Made by a program: the position numbers and the translations under genes. A stretch of DNA of 64,000 bases from Octopus sinensis (taxonomy: Eukaryota): assembly GCF_006345805.1 (NCBI RefSeq), contig NC_043022.1, positions 868,001 through 932,000 of the forward strand. The letters are read 5' to 3'. Below the pieces are notes generated by a model. The model ran no database searches. It was not told where the DNA came from and saw only the letters and a list, made by a program, of their open reading frames with translations. Below, piece after piece: positions 14,073 to 25,081 of the stretch. Each line of letters starts with the position of its first letter. Within the stretch, counting starts at the first letter, position 1.

Positions 14073-15356
14073 TTAATATTAAACCCTTTAACACTCAGCA
14101 TCCTCTGTCAAACATAATGCTTATTTATTCAAGCTCTGAGATTTCAATAATGAGATTGTTTATTTTTTACAATGGCATTGTTGGGTAGACGGCAAGGGGC
14201 CAGATCTGACCAGCTTGAACACGAAAAAGGTAGAATATTTGGGCCAGAAATGGCAGGATTAAATGCCAAGGGATAAAGTGTTAATATTTGAAATTAAAAC
14301 ATTCCATCATAATTTTCTTAAGAATATTTTGTTCAATTATACACCAAACGCCATCTTAATATCGAAAAAAAAATAGTTTTGTATACATATTCTTGATTAT
14401 TTTACAAAATTAAATTGAAATTCACGGGCCATGTATGATAATAAAAGGGTTATATAGACAGGGAGTGGGGGTAGGGGTTTATTTTTTGTTTTTGGTGGGG
14501 AAGGGTTTTGATGTTTGTAGTAATCCTTTACGATTTTGTGTGTATACTGAGCTGTAAAAAAGTAAGGGGTTTGCAACTAGAGAGCCGAGTCCACAGCTAG
14601 TAGTGGGTCCATATCCTTTCATTTCAAATAATACGCTGCAAACGCTCGATTTTTGTCGGGAGACAGAGGAATGATACGACACAGCACAACCTCCTGTTTC
14701 TTGTCTTTTAAACCGAAAACAGTCAAACGGAAACTAATATTCTCCTAATGTAAAGCTAACAAAAAGACATAAGTATTTTTTAGAATATATATATATTATA
14801 TATAAATATAAATATATGTATGTATGTGTGTATCTGTCTGTTGTAGATGTAGAAACAAAGTGTCCAAGTGGATTAGGTACTGGACTACCAATTCAGAAAG
14901 TCTAGAGTTCAAATCCACTGCAGGCATTTTTACATGTGTTTTGGGTTGTACATAAATTTAATTAACACTGCACGCTTTAATTAATTTTATTGGCCAGGTA
15001 CCAGATTCTCTGGCAATGTTACCTGCAATATATGATATTTTTTACACCTACTCATGTACATTTTTTATAAATCAAATATATCGATTCTCTTATGACTAAT
15101 CTGGCAAGTACAGAGAAGACAATGTTTTACTGAGGAGAGCTGAAAAGACCGAAATATGTCCGGGGTTGTCTCCCTTGCTTGCCAAAAAAAGACATCAGAT
15201 TAATATGATATTAATCGTTGAACTAATTTGTCCTTTTACTCACTAATTATTATTATTATTATTGATTAAATAGATTTGTGTTTTTTCCCTCATCACATTA
15301 AATATGGTGGGCCTACATGTCATAAAAATTGGATTCCTCTCCAGAAGTGCATGTAC

Positions 15357-15414
<58 letters not shown>

Positions 15415-15572
15415 CACATATACACATACAAAAATACAAACATTCATATACACATATACATACATATATATACAAAAATATTCGTACACACATATTTATG
15501 TATACATATATACATGTTCACATGCACACATATATATATACACACAAAAATGTGTGTGCAATATATATGTAT

Positions 15573-15630
<58 letters not shown>

Positions 15631-16178
15631 CATCCTTTTAAGTATGTGGACCAAGCGCTATTGGCCCTCCTTCACTGAAAAGCCTCTGAAATATTCAAGA
15701 TGTTTACATTATTTTTCTGTATTTCTCTTGTTTTGTTTTTTTGTTGTTTTTTTTTAAACATGATCCCATCTTGGAAACAAGATGGCCAAGTGATATCCAT
15801 ATCAAACTACCAACTCCAAAGCCAAAGGTCCAAATCTACTCGCAAGCATCCCATTGTTTTTTTTCTCGAGAAAGCAACAGCACATGCGAGTTGTATATGG
15901 TGGTTGAACTGCTAGAAATAGCAGCCATGGTTATATTGGATAATAACGTTATGTCCTATATGGCCAAAAAAAGATGGGATGGGATGGTCATGGCTGAGAA
16001 ATCTATGATCATAGATTTACTTGACCAGAGACTGACCTGGTATGCTTTTTGTATATCATCGGTATGCTCTGTGTTCATATTTGTCAGAAATATGCACCCA
16101 GTGTTTGATCCCTTGGAAAATGTTATCTGCAAATACATACTGACTGGTTTTCTCTACAAATATGTGTGTGTGTGTATG

Positions 16179-16218
<40 letters not shown>

Positions 16219-16506
16219 CTACACACACACACACACACTTTTTCATTTGTGGATTAATAGTGCTACCAATGGTTTCATGTGACACAAATTCACAATTCTT
16301 CAAGAGTTCCATTTTATGATGAACACAATTAGCAACATCCTACGCTGGAACACTTGAAGAATTGTAAATTTTTTTCAATATGAAACCACTGGTGGCACTG
16401 GTAATCTACAAATAAAGAATATTTACCACCAAATGCAAAGTTGAGGATTCATATTCACTGTTCAATATTATGATTTGTGTGTGTGTATGTATGTATGTAT
16501 ATAAAA

Positions 16507-16539
<33 letters not shown>

Positions 16540-16896
16540 TACACAAATATTGAACAGTGAATATGAATGCTCAGCACTGCATTGCTGGATAAATATTCTT
16601 TATTTGTGGGTTAACAAGACTACCATTGGTTTCATGCTGAGAGATTTCTTAGCAATTATCAAGCTTGCCATGTGGGATGTTTGTACTTGTCTCCATCTTG
16701 GATAAGAATATATATTTGCCTTTCATTTTGTAGGCCATGAGAACCAGAGATCACCCCTTTAACCAAAGTTTTCCTTTGAATGGGGGGCTTAAAAGAGGCG
16801 TTTTAAAATTTTACATTTTTGTACATATCCTATAAATGACATTTAACTAGTCTTTCTATAAACCTTACTAATCAGATTGATTGATGTTAGTATCAA

Positions 16897-17609
16897 AGGG
16901 CGGTGGGTCGGCAGAATTAGTAGAGTTATTGCTAGACAAAATGCTTTGCGCTATTTGTTCTGCCCTTTATGTCCTGAGTTCAAATCTAGCCAAGGCCAGC
17001 TTTACCTTATAGCACTGCAGGATTGACTGATAAAGTAAAGAGCCAGCCACATACTGAGATCTGAAGTATTGGCTTTACCCACTTCAAGTCTGAGGTTTTG
17101 TGGCAGATCTTAAAAATCATTATTATTGTTTTTGTTGTTGTTGTTGTTGTTCTGCCAGCAGTGAGCTGGCAGAATCATTACTGCAGCAGGCAAAATGCTT
17201 CGGGGCATTTTATGTCTTTGCATTCTGGGTTCAAATGCCACCGAGGTTGACTTTGCCTTTCATCCTTTCAGGGTTGATAAAATAAGTACCAGTCAAATAC
17301 TGGGGTCAATGTAATCAGCTAGCCTCCTCCCCACCAAATTTTAGGCCTTGTGCCTATAGTAGAAAAGCTTATTATTATTATTATTATTATTGCTATGAAC
17401 TGGCAGAACCATTAACATGCCAGGCAAAATGCTTAGCGGTGTTTGTTCCATTTTTACGTTCTGAGTTCAAATTCCACTAAGGTCAACTTTGCTTTTCATT
17501 TCTTTTGGAGCGGGGGTCAATAAAATAAGCACCAGTAGAGCACTAGGGTCAATGTAATCGACTAACTCCACTCCCCAAATTGCTGGCCTTGTGCCAAAAT
17601 TTGAAATCA

Positions 17610-17649
<40 letters not shown>

Positions 17650-18395
17650 GCAAGGCGGTGAAATGGCAGAATTGTTAGCATGCTGAACAAAATGCTTAGC
17701 GGTACTTGGCCTGTCACTATGTTCTGAGTTCAAATTCTACTGAGGTCGACTTTGCCTTTCATCTTTTTGGGGGGTTGAATTAATCAACTATTCCCCTCCC
17801 GCTAAATTTCAAGCCTTGTGTCTTCAGTAGAAAGGATGATTATTATTAAGGTGGTGAGCTGACAGAATCGTTAGCATGCCAGGTGAAAATGCTTAGTAGT
17901 ATTTTGTCCGTTTTATGTTCTGAGTTCAAATTCTGCCAAGGTTGACTTTGCCTTTCATCCTTTTGGGGGTTGATGAAAAAAGTACCAGTTACACACTGGG
18001 ATCAATGTAATCACAAAATTTCAGGCCTTGTACCTATAGTAGAAATGATTATTATTATTATTATTATTATTATTTAGGTGGAGAGATAGCAGAACCATTA
18101 GCACACCGGGAAAAAAATGTTTTGTAGCATTTGGACTCCTCTCAGGTCAACTTTACCTTTCATCTTTTCGGGGTCAATAAAAGAAGTACCAGTTGAATCC
18201 TGGGGTCAATGTAATCGACTTAACCCCCTCCCCTAAAACTGCTGGCCTTGTACCAAAATCCGAAACCATTATTGTTCTATTTTAAAGGATTGACGTAACT
18301 CCTCACAAATGGTAACAGACAATACGAAGAGCACAATTTTTCAACAGCCTGTCTTTGTTTTGTTATTGCAATCACATCATACTCTTCATATTGTC

Positions 18396-18431
<36 letters not shown>

Positions 18432-20120
18432 GGCGGTGAGCTGGCAGAATTGTGAGAACGCTGGACGAAATACTAAGCAGTATTTCGCCCATCACTACAT
18501 TCTGAGTTCAAATTCCACCGACGGTGACTTTGCCTTTCATCCTTTCAGGGATGGGGTCGATAATTTAAGTACCAGTTGTACACTGGGGTTGATGTAATCA
18601 ACTTAACACCTTCTCCAAACTACCTACCCTTGTGCCCAAATTTGAAACCATTATTATTATTATTATTATTAAGGCAGCGAGCTAGCAGAATCGTTAGCAT
18701 GCTGGGTTTAATGCTTACCAGTTCTTTGCCCATCGCTACATTCTGAGTTCAAATTCTACCAAGGTCGACTTTGCCTTTCATCTTTTTGGGGTTGATAAAT
18801 TAAGTACCAGATCTTTTCCTTTTGAACGGCAGATTTCAACACAATTTCAAGTTAACTAAACACTTTAAAACATATACTGGTAGAATGTGTCAAAATAAAA
18901 CATTTTTTTCTCTTGGCTTTCTTGAGAAAATTGTAATTTGTAAGTTTAACATAGTTTAATTTTTTGAATTTTAACCAATCGATGGCCTCTACTGAGCTAA
19001 AATCATTTGCTGCGTCTAAAACTGAGACAACATCCTGTCACTAACCCTAACCCTAAATTTTAGCCTTTTGTTTTTTTTTTCTTAATTGTTAAATTAATTT
19101 AAGGATAACAATTAAGAAGAAGAAAAAAAAACGAAAGGCTAAAATTTAGGGTTAGGGTTAGTGTTAGGGTTAGTGACAGGATGTTGTCTCAGTTCTAGAC
19201 ACAGCAAATGATTTTAGCTCAATAGAGGCTATCGATTGGTTAAAATTCGAAAAATTAAACTACGTTAAACTTACAAATTACAATTTTCTCAAGAAAGCCA
19301 AGAGAAAAAAATGCTTTATTTTGACACATTCTACCAGTATACGAAGTTTAAAAGTGTTTAGTTAACTAGAAATTGTGTTGAAATCTGGCCTTCAAACGGA
19401 AAAGATCCTAAGTACCAATTATGTATTGGGGTCAATGTAATCAACTAGTCCCCTCCCCCCAAATTTCAAGGCTTTATGCTTTCAGTAGAAAGGATTATTA
19501 TTATTATTATTATTACCATAAGGGCAGTGGAGCTGGCACAGTTATTACTGAACTGGAGAAAATGCTTAGAGGCATCTCTTCCAGTTGTTTACATTCTGAG
19601 TTCAAATTTTGCCAAGGTCGACTCTGCTTTCATCCTTTCAGGGTCGACAAGAACCAGTCAAGTACTGCAGGGTGATATGATTGACTGGCCCCCTCCCCCA
19701 AAATAACAAGCCTTGTGCTTATAACAGAGAGGATTATTATTATTATTATTATTATATTATTATTCTACTGAGGTTGACTTTGCCTTTCATCCTTTCAGGG
19801 TTGATAAAATAAGTACCAGTTATGCACTGGGGTCCGATTTAATCAACTGCCCCCACCTCCCCCAGACTTGCTGGCCTTGTGCCAAAATTTGAAATCATTA
19901 TTATTAGTATTAGAGGGCTGTTGACTGGCAGAATCAGTAGAGCATCAGACAATGCCTCGTGGTATTTAGTTACGTTCCGAGTTCAAATCCTACAAAGGTC
20001 GACTTTGCCGTTCATCTTTCCAGGGTGGGTCAATTCATAATCAACTGTTACCTCCAACCCATCCCCCACCCCCCAGAAACCTATTTGTGGCCCCTGCGCC
20101 TACACCAAAATTTGTTATTA
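16897..20120 (+). repeat. Head-to-tail array of about 11 copies of tRNA-derived SINE family A (Meta-domain-like core)
   Basis: Units of about 240 bp: A box (gagctggcagaa), B box (gttcaaattcc), core gtcgactttgcctttcatcctttc.gggtcgataaa.taagtacc, and (ATT)n tails between units. Confidence 0.9.
18810..19408. mobile_element. About 600-bp foldback (long-TIR) DNA element with internal telomeric repeats
   Basis: Arms of about 280 bp are reverse complements. The direct repeat taagtacc(a) flanks it at 18801 and 19409, and the element splits a SINE. Confidence 0.9.
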
Positions 20121-20187
20121 ACATCAAACTATTTTTCTTTTGCTCTCTAGCTTTTGTCATGTAGTAAAACGTGTGTGTATATATGCA

Positions 20188-20236
<49 letters not shown>

Positions 20237-21899
20237 GTATGTATAATGTAATAGCTACAAGCACTGGGTTATTGGTGGAGGGGGGATGTTTTTTGTGTTT
20301 GTTTTGTTGCTGTTTTTTTTTGCTGGGGAGAGGTGGGGGGGGTCGTATTTATTCATTTATTAATTTAATTATTTATTTATTTTTATTATTGCCCACTCTT
20401 CATAGCTTGAAAATTCTCAATCTGTGATAATAAAATAAAGTCAAAAATTAAAAAAAAAAATTAAAAAACGCAAAATAAAAAGAAATAAGACTATACTGTT
20501 TGTTAACTTTAATCACGTTTTTTCCCCCGGCCCCTAATTGATCAATTCACTAACGAATGTAAAAAGAGTGGCACTGAATAAAACTGTAAAATGCCACAGA
20601 CCATGTAGCATCACACGAGGTCATTTGTGGGGAGCCTCCATGTGACAGCCTCTAAAAAACCTGTTAAAAATAACAGCCAACTCTCCCTCAAATCACACCT
20701 TACTATCTTGAAAAAGACCAAAAAGAAGTGTCTTAATCCCCACCCCTATGACACCCTTCTCTCATCTCTTCCTCTGACCTGCCCCCCCCCATAACCGCCC
20801 ACATGCACATGTATTTTTCTATCTATGACTTTCTGGGTTCCTCACCTCTCTCAGTATTTCTCCATTTAATTCTACCAGGGTCAACTTTGTCTTTCATCCC
20901 TCTGAGATCGATAAAATTCAGTACCAATGGAATGGATTTCCCCCTCCCCTCAAAACTGCTGGCATTTTCCCAAAACTAGCAAGAATTATTTCTCCCTTTC
21001 TTGACCCCTTTCCAGTCACACCTCCCATCTATACACACACTTATAATACATGATAGCCCTGAAACTTCCCCCACACACAACCCTCCTTATGACCTTGTTT
21101 TTTTGTCTCTCCCCTTCTTAGTAGATCCTAGCACAATGCCCTTTCTGTCCCCTGTTCTCAGTCATACTCCTTTCCCCAAAAGGCTTACTTTTACCCCTCA
21201 CAACTACAAATCTATCCCTCTCACCTTACTTTACTTTCCTTCATCAAGCCACTCAAAATTACTGCACCCTCCTTTAGTTATAGGGGTCACTTCAGGTCCT
21301 TAGTCCGGCATATTGCAAGACAATATCAATACAGATGCAACAAAAAAGTGCCCAATACACTCTGTGGAATGGTTGGTGTCAGGAAAGGCATCCAGCCATA
21401 GAAACCAAGCCAAAGACATAGACATTAAGCAGTCCACCAACTTATCGGATCCTGTCATTCCATTTCTACCCCAGCCCACCCAAGAGGTTTATCCACTTCT
21501 TGTTACCTGTACCCTATCTGATGAACACCAGCCTCAATCCCAAACTAGACACTTCTTCTAATCCTTTCTCCCCACAAATAACAATCCCCTGGAATTCCCT
21601 CTCTATTCTATCTACTTCTTCCAACTACTGACCTACTGAAGTTTCAATTTAACATAATCTGTAGTGACCATTCAACGTGCTAGAAAAAACAACCAAATCT
21701 CCATCACACTTTACTGTCCTAAAAAAAGAAGGGTAGATTGGAGAGTAGTATTTCTTGATATAGACAGGATGGTCATAGCTGGATCACTTTTGATCTTAAG
21801 TCTGCTCAATCAAGGCTGACTTAAAAAAGAAAGCAATCTCATTGATTTGGAGAAGCCTACAAAAGCCATAGGTGCTGCCCCACCTTCTCTAACGAATTA

Positions 21900-22290
21900 A
21901 ATATGATCTGGTTCAAACCACTTTCCAGCAAAACTATCATTACAATTTTACTCCCCCCAAAATTTATTCAACAGGAATAATATAAAAGAGAGCTGCTCTC
22001 CAAACCCCTTGCATTGGGGAAAACCATCAAGTTTATATCACACTAGAATTCTTCAACATAATACAGATAATACAAAAGCGAAAAGGAGATAACTGAAATT
22101 GTTAAAACTATCAGCTTTCTCTCCTTGATTACCAATGAATGAAAGCATTGTGTAACAAGTGACCAAAGGAAAAGTGGTAGTAGTATGTCTTGCATTGGCT
22201 TGACTGAAAGTTCATTTAAAAGAAGACTATAACAACATATGGAAAGACCACCCCAAGGAAAATATTACATTAATCTCCAAGTACATCTGA
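21900..22290 (+). mobile_element. Degenerate Penelope-like element (linker plus GIY-YIG endonuclease)
   Basis: Fragments IWFKPLS (cf. IWFNPPYS), ESIV, CIGLTESSFKRRL*QH (cf. YIGxTExxFKxRYxNH) and ISKYI* (cf. LSKYIW) occur in the expected order. Confidence 0.7.
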
Positions 22291-22404
22291 TATTGGTTGA
22301 AAACAAAGTTTTGTGTTTGGGTGTACAAATGAGAAAAAAAATTCAATACTTATAGCTACAAAGTTTTGTGTGTGTGTGCGTGTGTGTGTATTGATTTTTA
22401 ATTG

Positions 22405-22822
22405 TAGAGGGAACGTGTGAAAGGGGTAGGTCAAGGAAGACATGGGACAAAGTGTGAAAAAGGATCTACAGATATTGGGACTCAGAGAGGGGATGACAGG
22501 GGATAGTGACTCCTGGTGGTTTGCTATGCTTGAAAGGACATGTGAAGCTAAGTAAAAGCATGATTGCCCTTGCAACCTTCTCCAGCTGAGAGCATCCCTA
22601 ATCTTGTGGGATCGTAGGTACTGCTGCCACGTAAAAAGCACCCATGCCAGTGTTGTGTAAAAGCACCCAATACATTCTGTAAAGTGGTAGGCATTAGGAA
22701 AGGCAACCAACCATAGATACCATACCAAAACAAACATGGAGCCTGAGCAGTCCTTCAGATGATCAGCTTCTGTCAAACTGTCCAACACATGCCAACATGG
22801 AAAATGGATGTTAAATGATGAT
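22405..22822 (+). mobile_element. RTE LINE 3' fragment (second coding remnant at about 35795-36205)
   Basis: GTCERGRSRKTWDKV...DLQILGLREGMTGDSDSW motif, then the 3' UTR gtccaaccca/acatgccagcatggaaa...gttaaa and a (GAT)n tail. Confidence 0.8.
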
Positions 22823-23139
22823 ACACACACACACGAATATATCAAAAATACACTTAAATATTCAGAGAGAGAGTTCAATGCATATATAGAGTCAAAACAC
22901 TTTTCCAAGTTGATAGTGACTTCAAAGTTTCATCACTATTGGTTTCTCAAATTATAATACACTGAACTGTCTGCCTTCTGAATTCAAATCCCATTGAAGT
23001 TAACTTCATCTTTCATCCTTTGGCTGATAGAAGTGATGGGTTGATAAACAAGTACCAATGCATACATCCAACACTGTCTTCAGGCATAGTAAGATTAGGT
23101 AATTGTTGCCTGGGGCCCCACAGGTGTTGGGGGCCCAGT

Positions 23140-23400
23140 TCTAATCTATGTATGTTGTGGGTTTGCTGTCAATAAATAAATGAATACTATAGGGCCCATT
23201 GCACTGATTTGCCTGAGGACCTGGCAGATCTAGAGGCCTCGTTCTGATCATATGTATGTTGTGGCTTGCTGTCAACAGATGAATATTATACGGCCCATTG
23301 CACTGATTTGTTTGGGGACCTGGCAGATCTAGGGGCCTCATTCTGGTCATATTTATGCTGTTGCTTGCCATCAATAAAGACTATAGGGCCCATTGCATTT
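23140..23400 (+). repeat. About 102-bp tandem repeat, 2.5 copies (possibly the interior of a decayed hAT-like MITE)
   Basis: tatgttgtg...ggcccattgcactgatttg...ggacctggcagatctag repeated. Confidence 0.7.
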
Positions 23401-23719
23401 TTTTCCCAGGAAACCAATAATACTGCTAGGACTGCACTGGGTGGATCAGATGTCTTGTGGTATAGGCCCCAGTCTTTGCATTCTGTTTTCAAATCCCAGT
23501 ATGGCCTGTGCACAGGCTGGACTTAATCAGTTGCCCATTTTAACACCACCACACAGCAACTTCAGTGCCTTCAGAGAACCCAACTCTGTAGGAAGCATTC
23601 AGGCCAAGTTTCCAGTATAACGATACTTCCCACCGGTGTTGGAGGCCCTACAAAGGGTCTGAGATCATTGGTATAATCTTTTAAATATATAAACCTGAGG
23701 ATTTTACCAAAAACTGGAA

Positions 23720-24670
23720 TTCTCTGTAGATTGAAAAAAAAACAAGGAACAGCCTTCATTGATTTTAAGCCCTTATCGGTGCCTCATCAGAAGTATCTAC
23801 ATCACTTGACCAATCCCAGAAAACCTAATGGCCCCAGAGAACCTGAGCTACTAATTCACATACAATTAGTGTTTAACAGTTTGTTTAATACCTGACAGTG
23901 TCAAGGTATGACATGATATACAACATAATACCTACATAGTAGACATACATGTCACTTTTAGTTATTTCTCTCTATATCAAAAGTAAAAAAAATGAGGAAA
24001 AACCTGAAGTAGTTTTTGACCCTTACTGGCATCCCATCAAAGGTATCTAGATTACTTAACCAATCCCAGGGAATCTAACAACTTCAGAGAACTGAAGTTG
24101 CTAATTTGTATACCATTCTTGTTTAACAGTTTGACACAAGAGGCCTTCAGGAAGGACATCAGTTCACAATGTCAAGGTAGCTTAGAATACATGTGAACCA
24201 ATACGGCAGGCATACAAACATAGCAATTTTTCCTGTTTCTTTATAGATTGAAAAAAAATGATGATCGGCCTTTGTTGATTTTTAATCGTTACTGGATTTT
24301 CATTAGAGGTATCTACATCACGTGATCAATCCCAGAAAGAAAAACTAATTTGCATATTACAAGTGCTTAACACCTTATTTAACATCATCAGCCTGTCAAC
24401 AGGGATGTCAGTCCACACAGAATCAAGGCTTGGTGTAATAAATAATATATGTAAATCTTCTACTATATAGCCTTGTGAGGGAACTTAGCAGACAGAAACT
24501 TTGTGAAAGCCTGTCATATATTTTTGTGTGTGTGCATGTGTGCTTTTGTGTCTGTCCCTCACCCTCACCACTTGGCAACCTGTATTGGTTTGTTTACATC
24601 ACTGTAATTTAGCAGCTCAGCAAAAGAATATGTCACTTTTTACTTATTTCTCTGTAGATTGAAAAAGAAA
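23720..24670 (+). repeat. Diverged tandem repeat, about 250-270 bp unit, about 3 copies plus a fragment
   Basis: tct.t.tagattgaaaaaa...gtatcta.at.ac.t.a.caatcccag recurs at about 23722, 23968, 24237 and 24650. Confidence 0.7.
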
Positions 24671-24858
24671 AAACACTGATAAAAAGCTTTAAGGAAATGA
24701 ATCTGATCGGAGGAAGGAACCCGTGATTGGATGGTTGAGCAGCAGTTGAAGGATGCAATAAAGAGGGGCTGTCTTTTCTGCTATAGGAATCAAATTTTGG
24801 AGACAAAAATTAACAGCCATAAAAAAGGAGGTTGATCTATTTACCAAGACAACTTTAA

Positions 24859-25081
24859 CCCTTTCATTGCTGGATTTATTTTGAGATGCTCTGTGTGTCT
24901 TTCAATTAATTTTAGTAAAATGACAAAGAATTTAGTAAAATAACTTCGTTATCATTAAGCTACTGTTAGGATCATAAATTGTGACTAAGGTTTGGTGGAA
25001 GATTTTAATTCAAAACTTATGGAAACAAGACATTTGTACTCAGAGCCAGAGGTGGTTTCAGCTGGGTTGGTCACGAAAGGG
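24859..25081. mobile_element. piggyBac-type MITE family 1 (other copies about 30985-31095 truncated, 31553-31718, 39170-39392, 55227-55444)
   Basis: TTAA ccctttc...gaaaggg TTAA with a shared internal sequence; the termini resemble those of the 32495-33581 element. Confidence 0.85.

Noticed and set aside
15125-15170. Hammerhead motif ctgagga...gaaatatgtc
   Set aside because: Stems I and II do not pair convincingly.
13877-15757. ORFs rich in YI/CV/HT repeats (here and throughout the window)
   Set aside because: They are translations of TA, TG and CA microsatellites.
19041-19173. Telomere fusion site or telomerase RNA template
   Set aside because: Only 2-4 repeats, inside the arms of a TSD-flanked element.
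16897-20120. Regular repeat-spacer look suggesting a CRISPR array
   Set aside because: Units are about 240-bp diverged SINEs with Pol III boxes and (ATT)n tails, in eukaryotic DNA with no cas genes.
24690-24850. pogo/CENP-B-like transposase remnant
   Set aside because: Too short and degenerate to support by eye.
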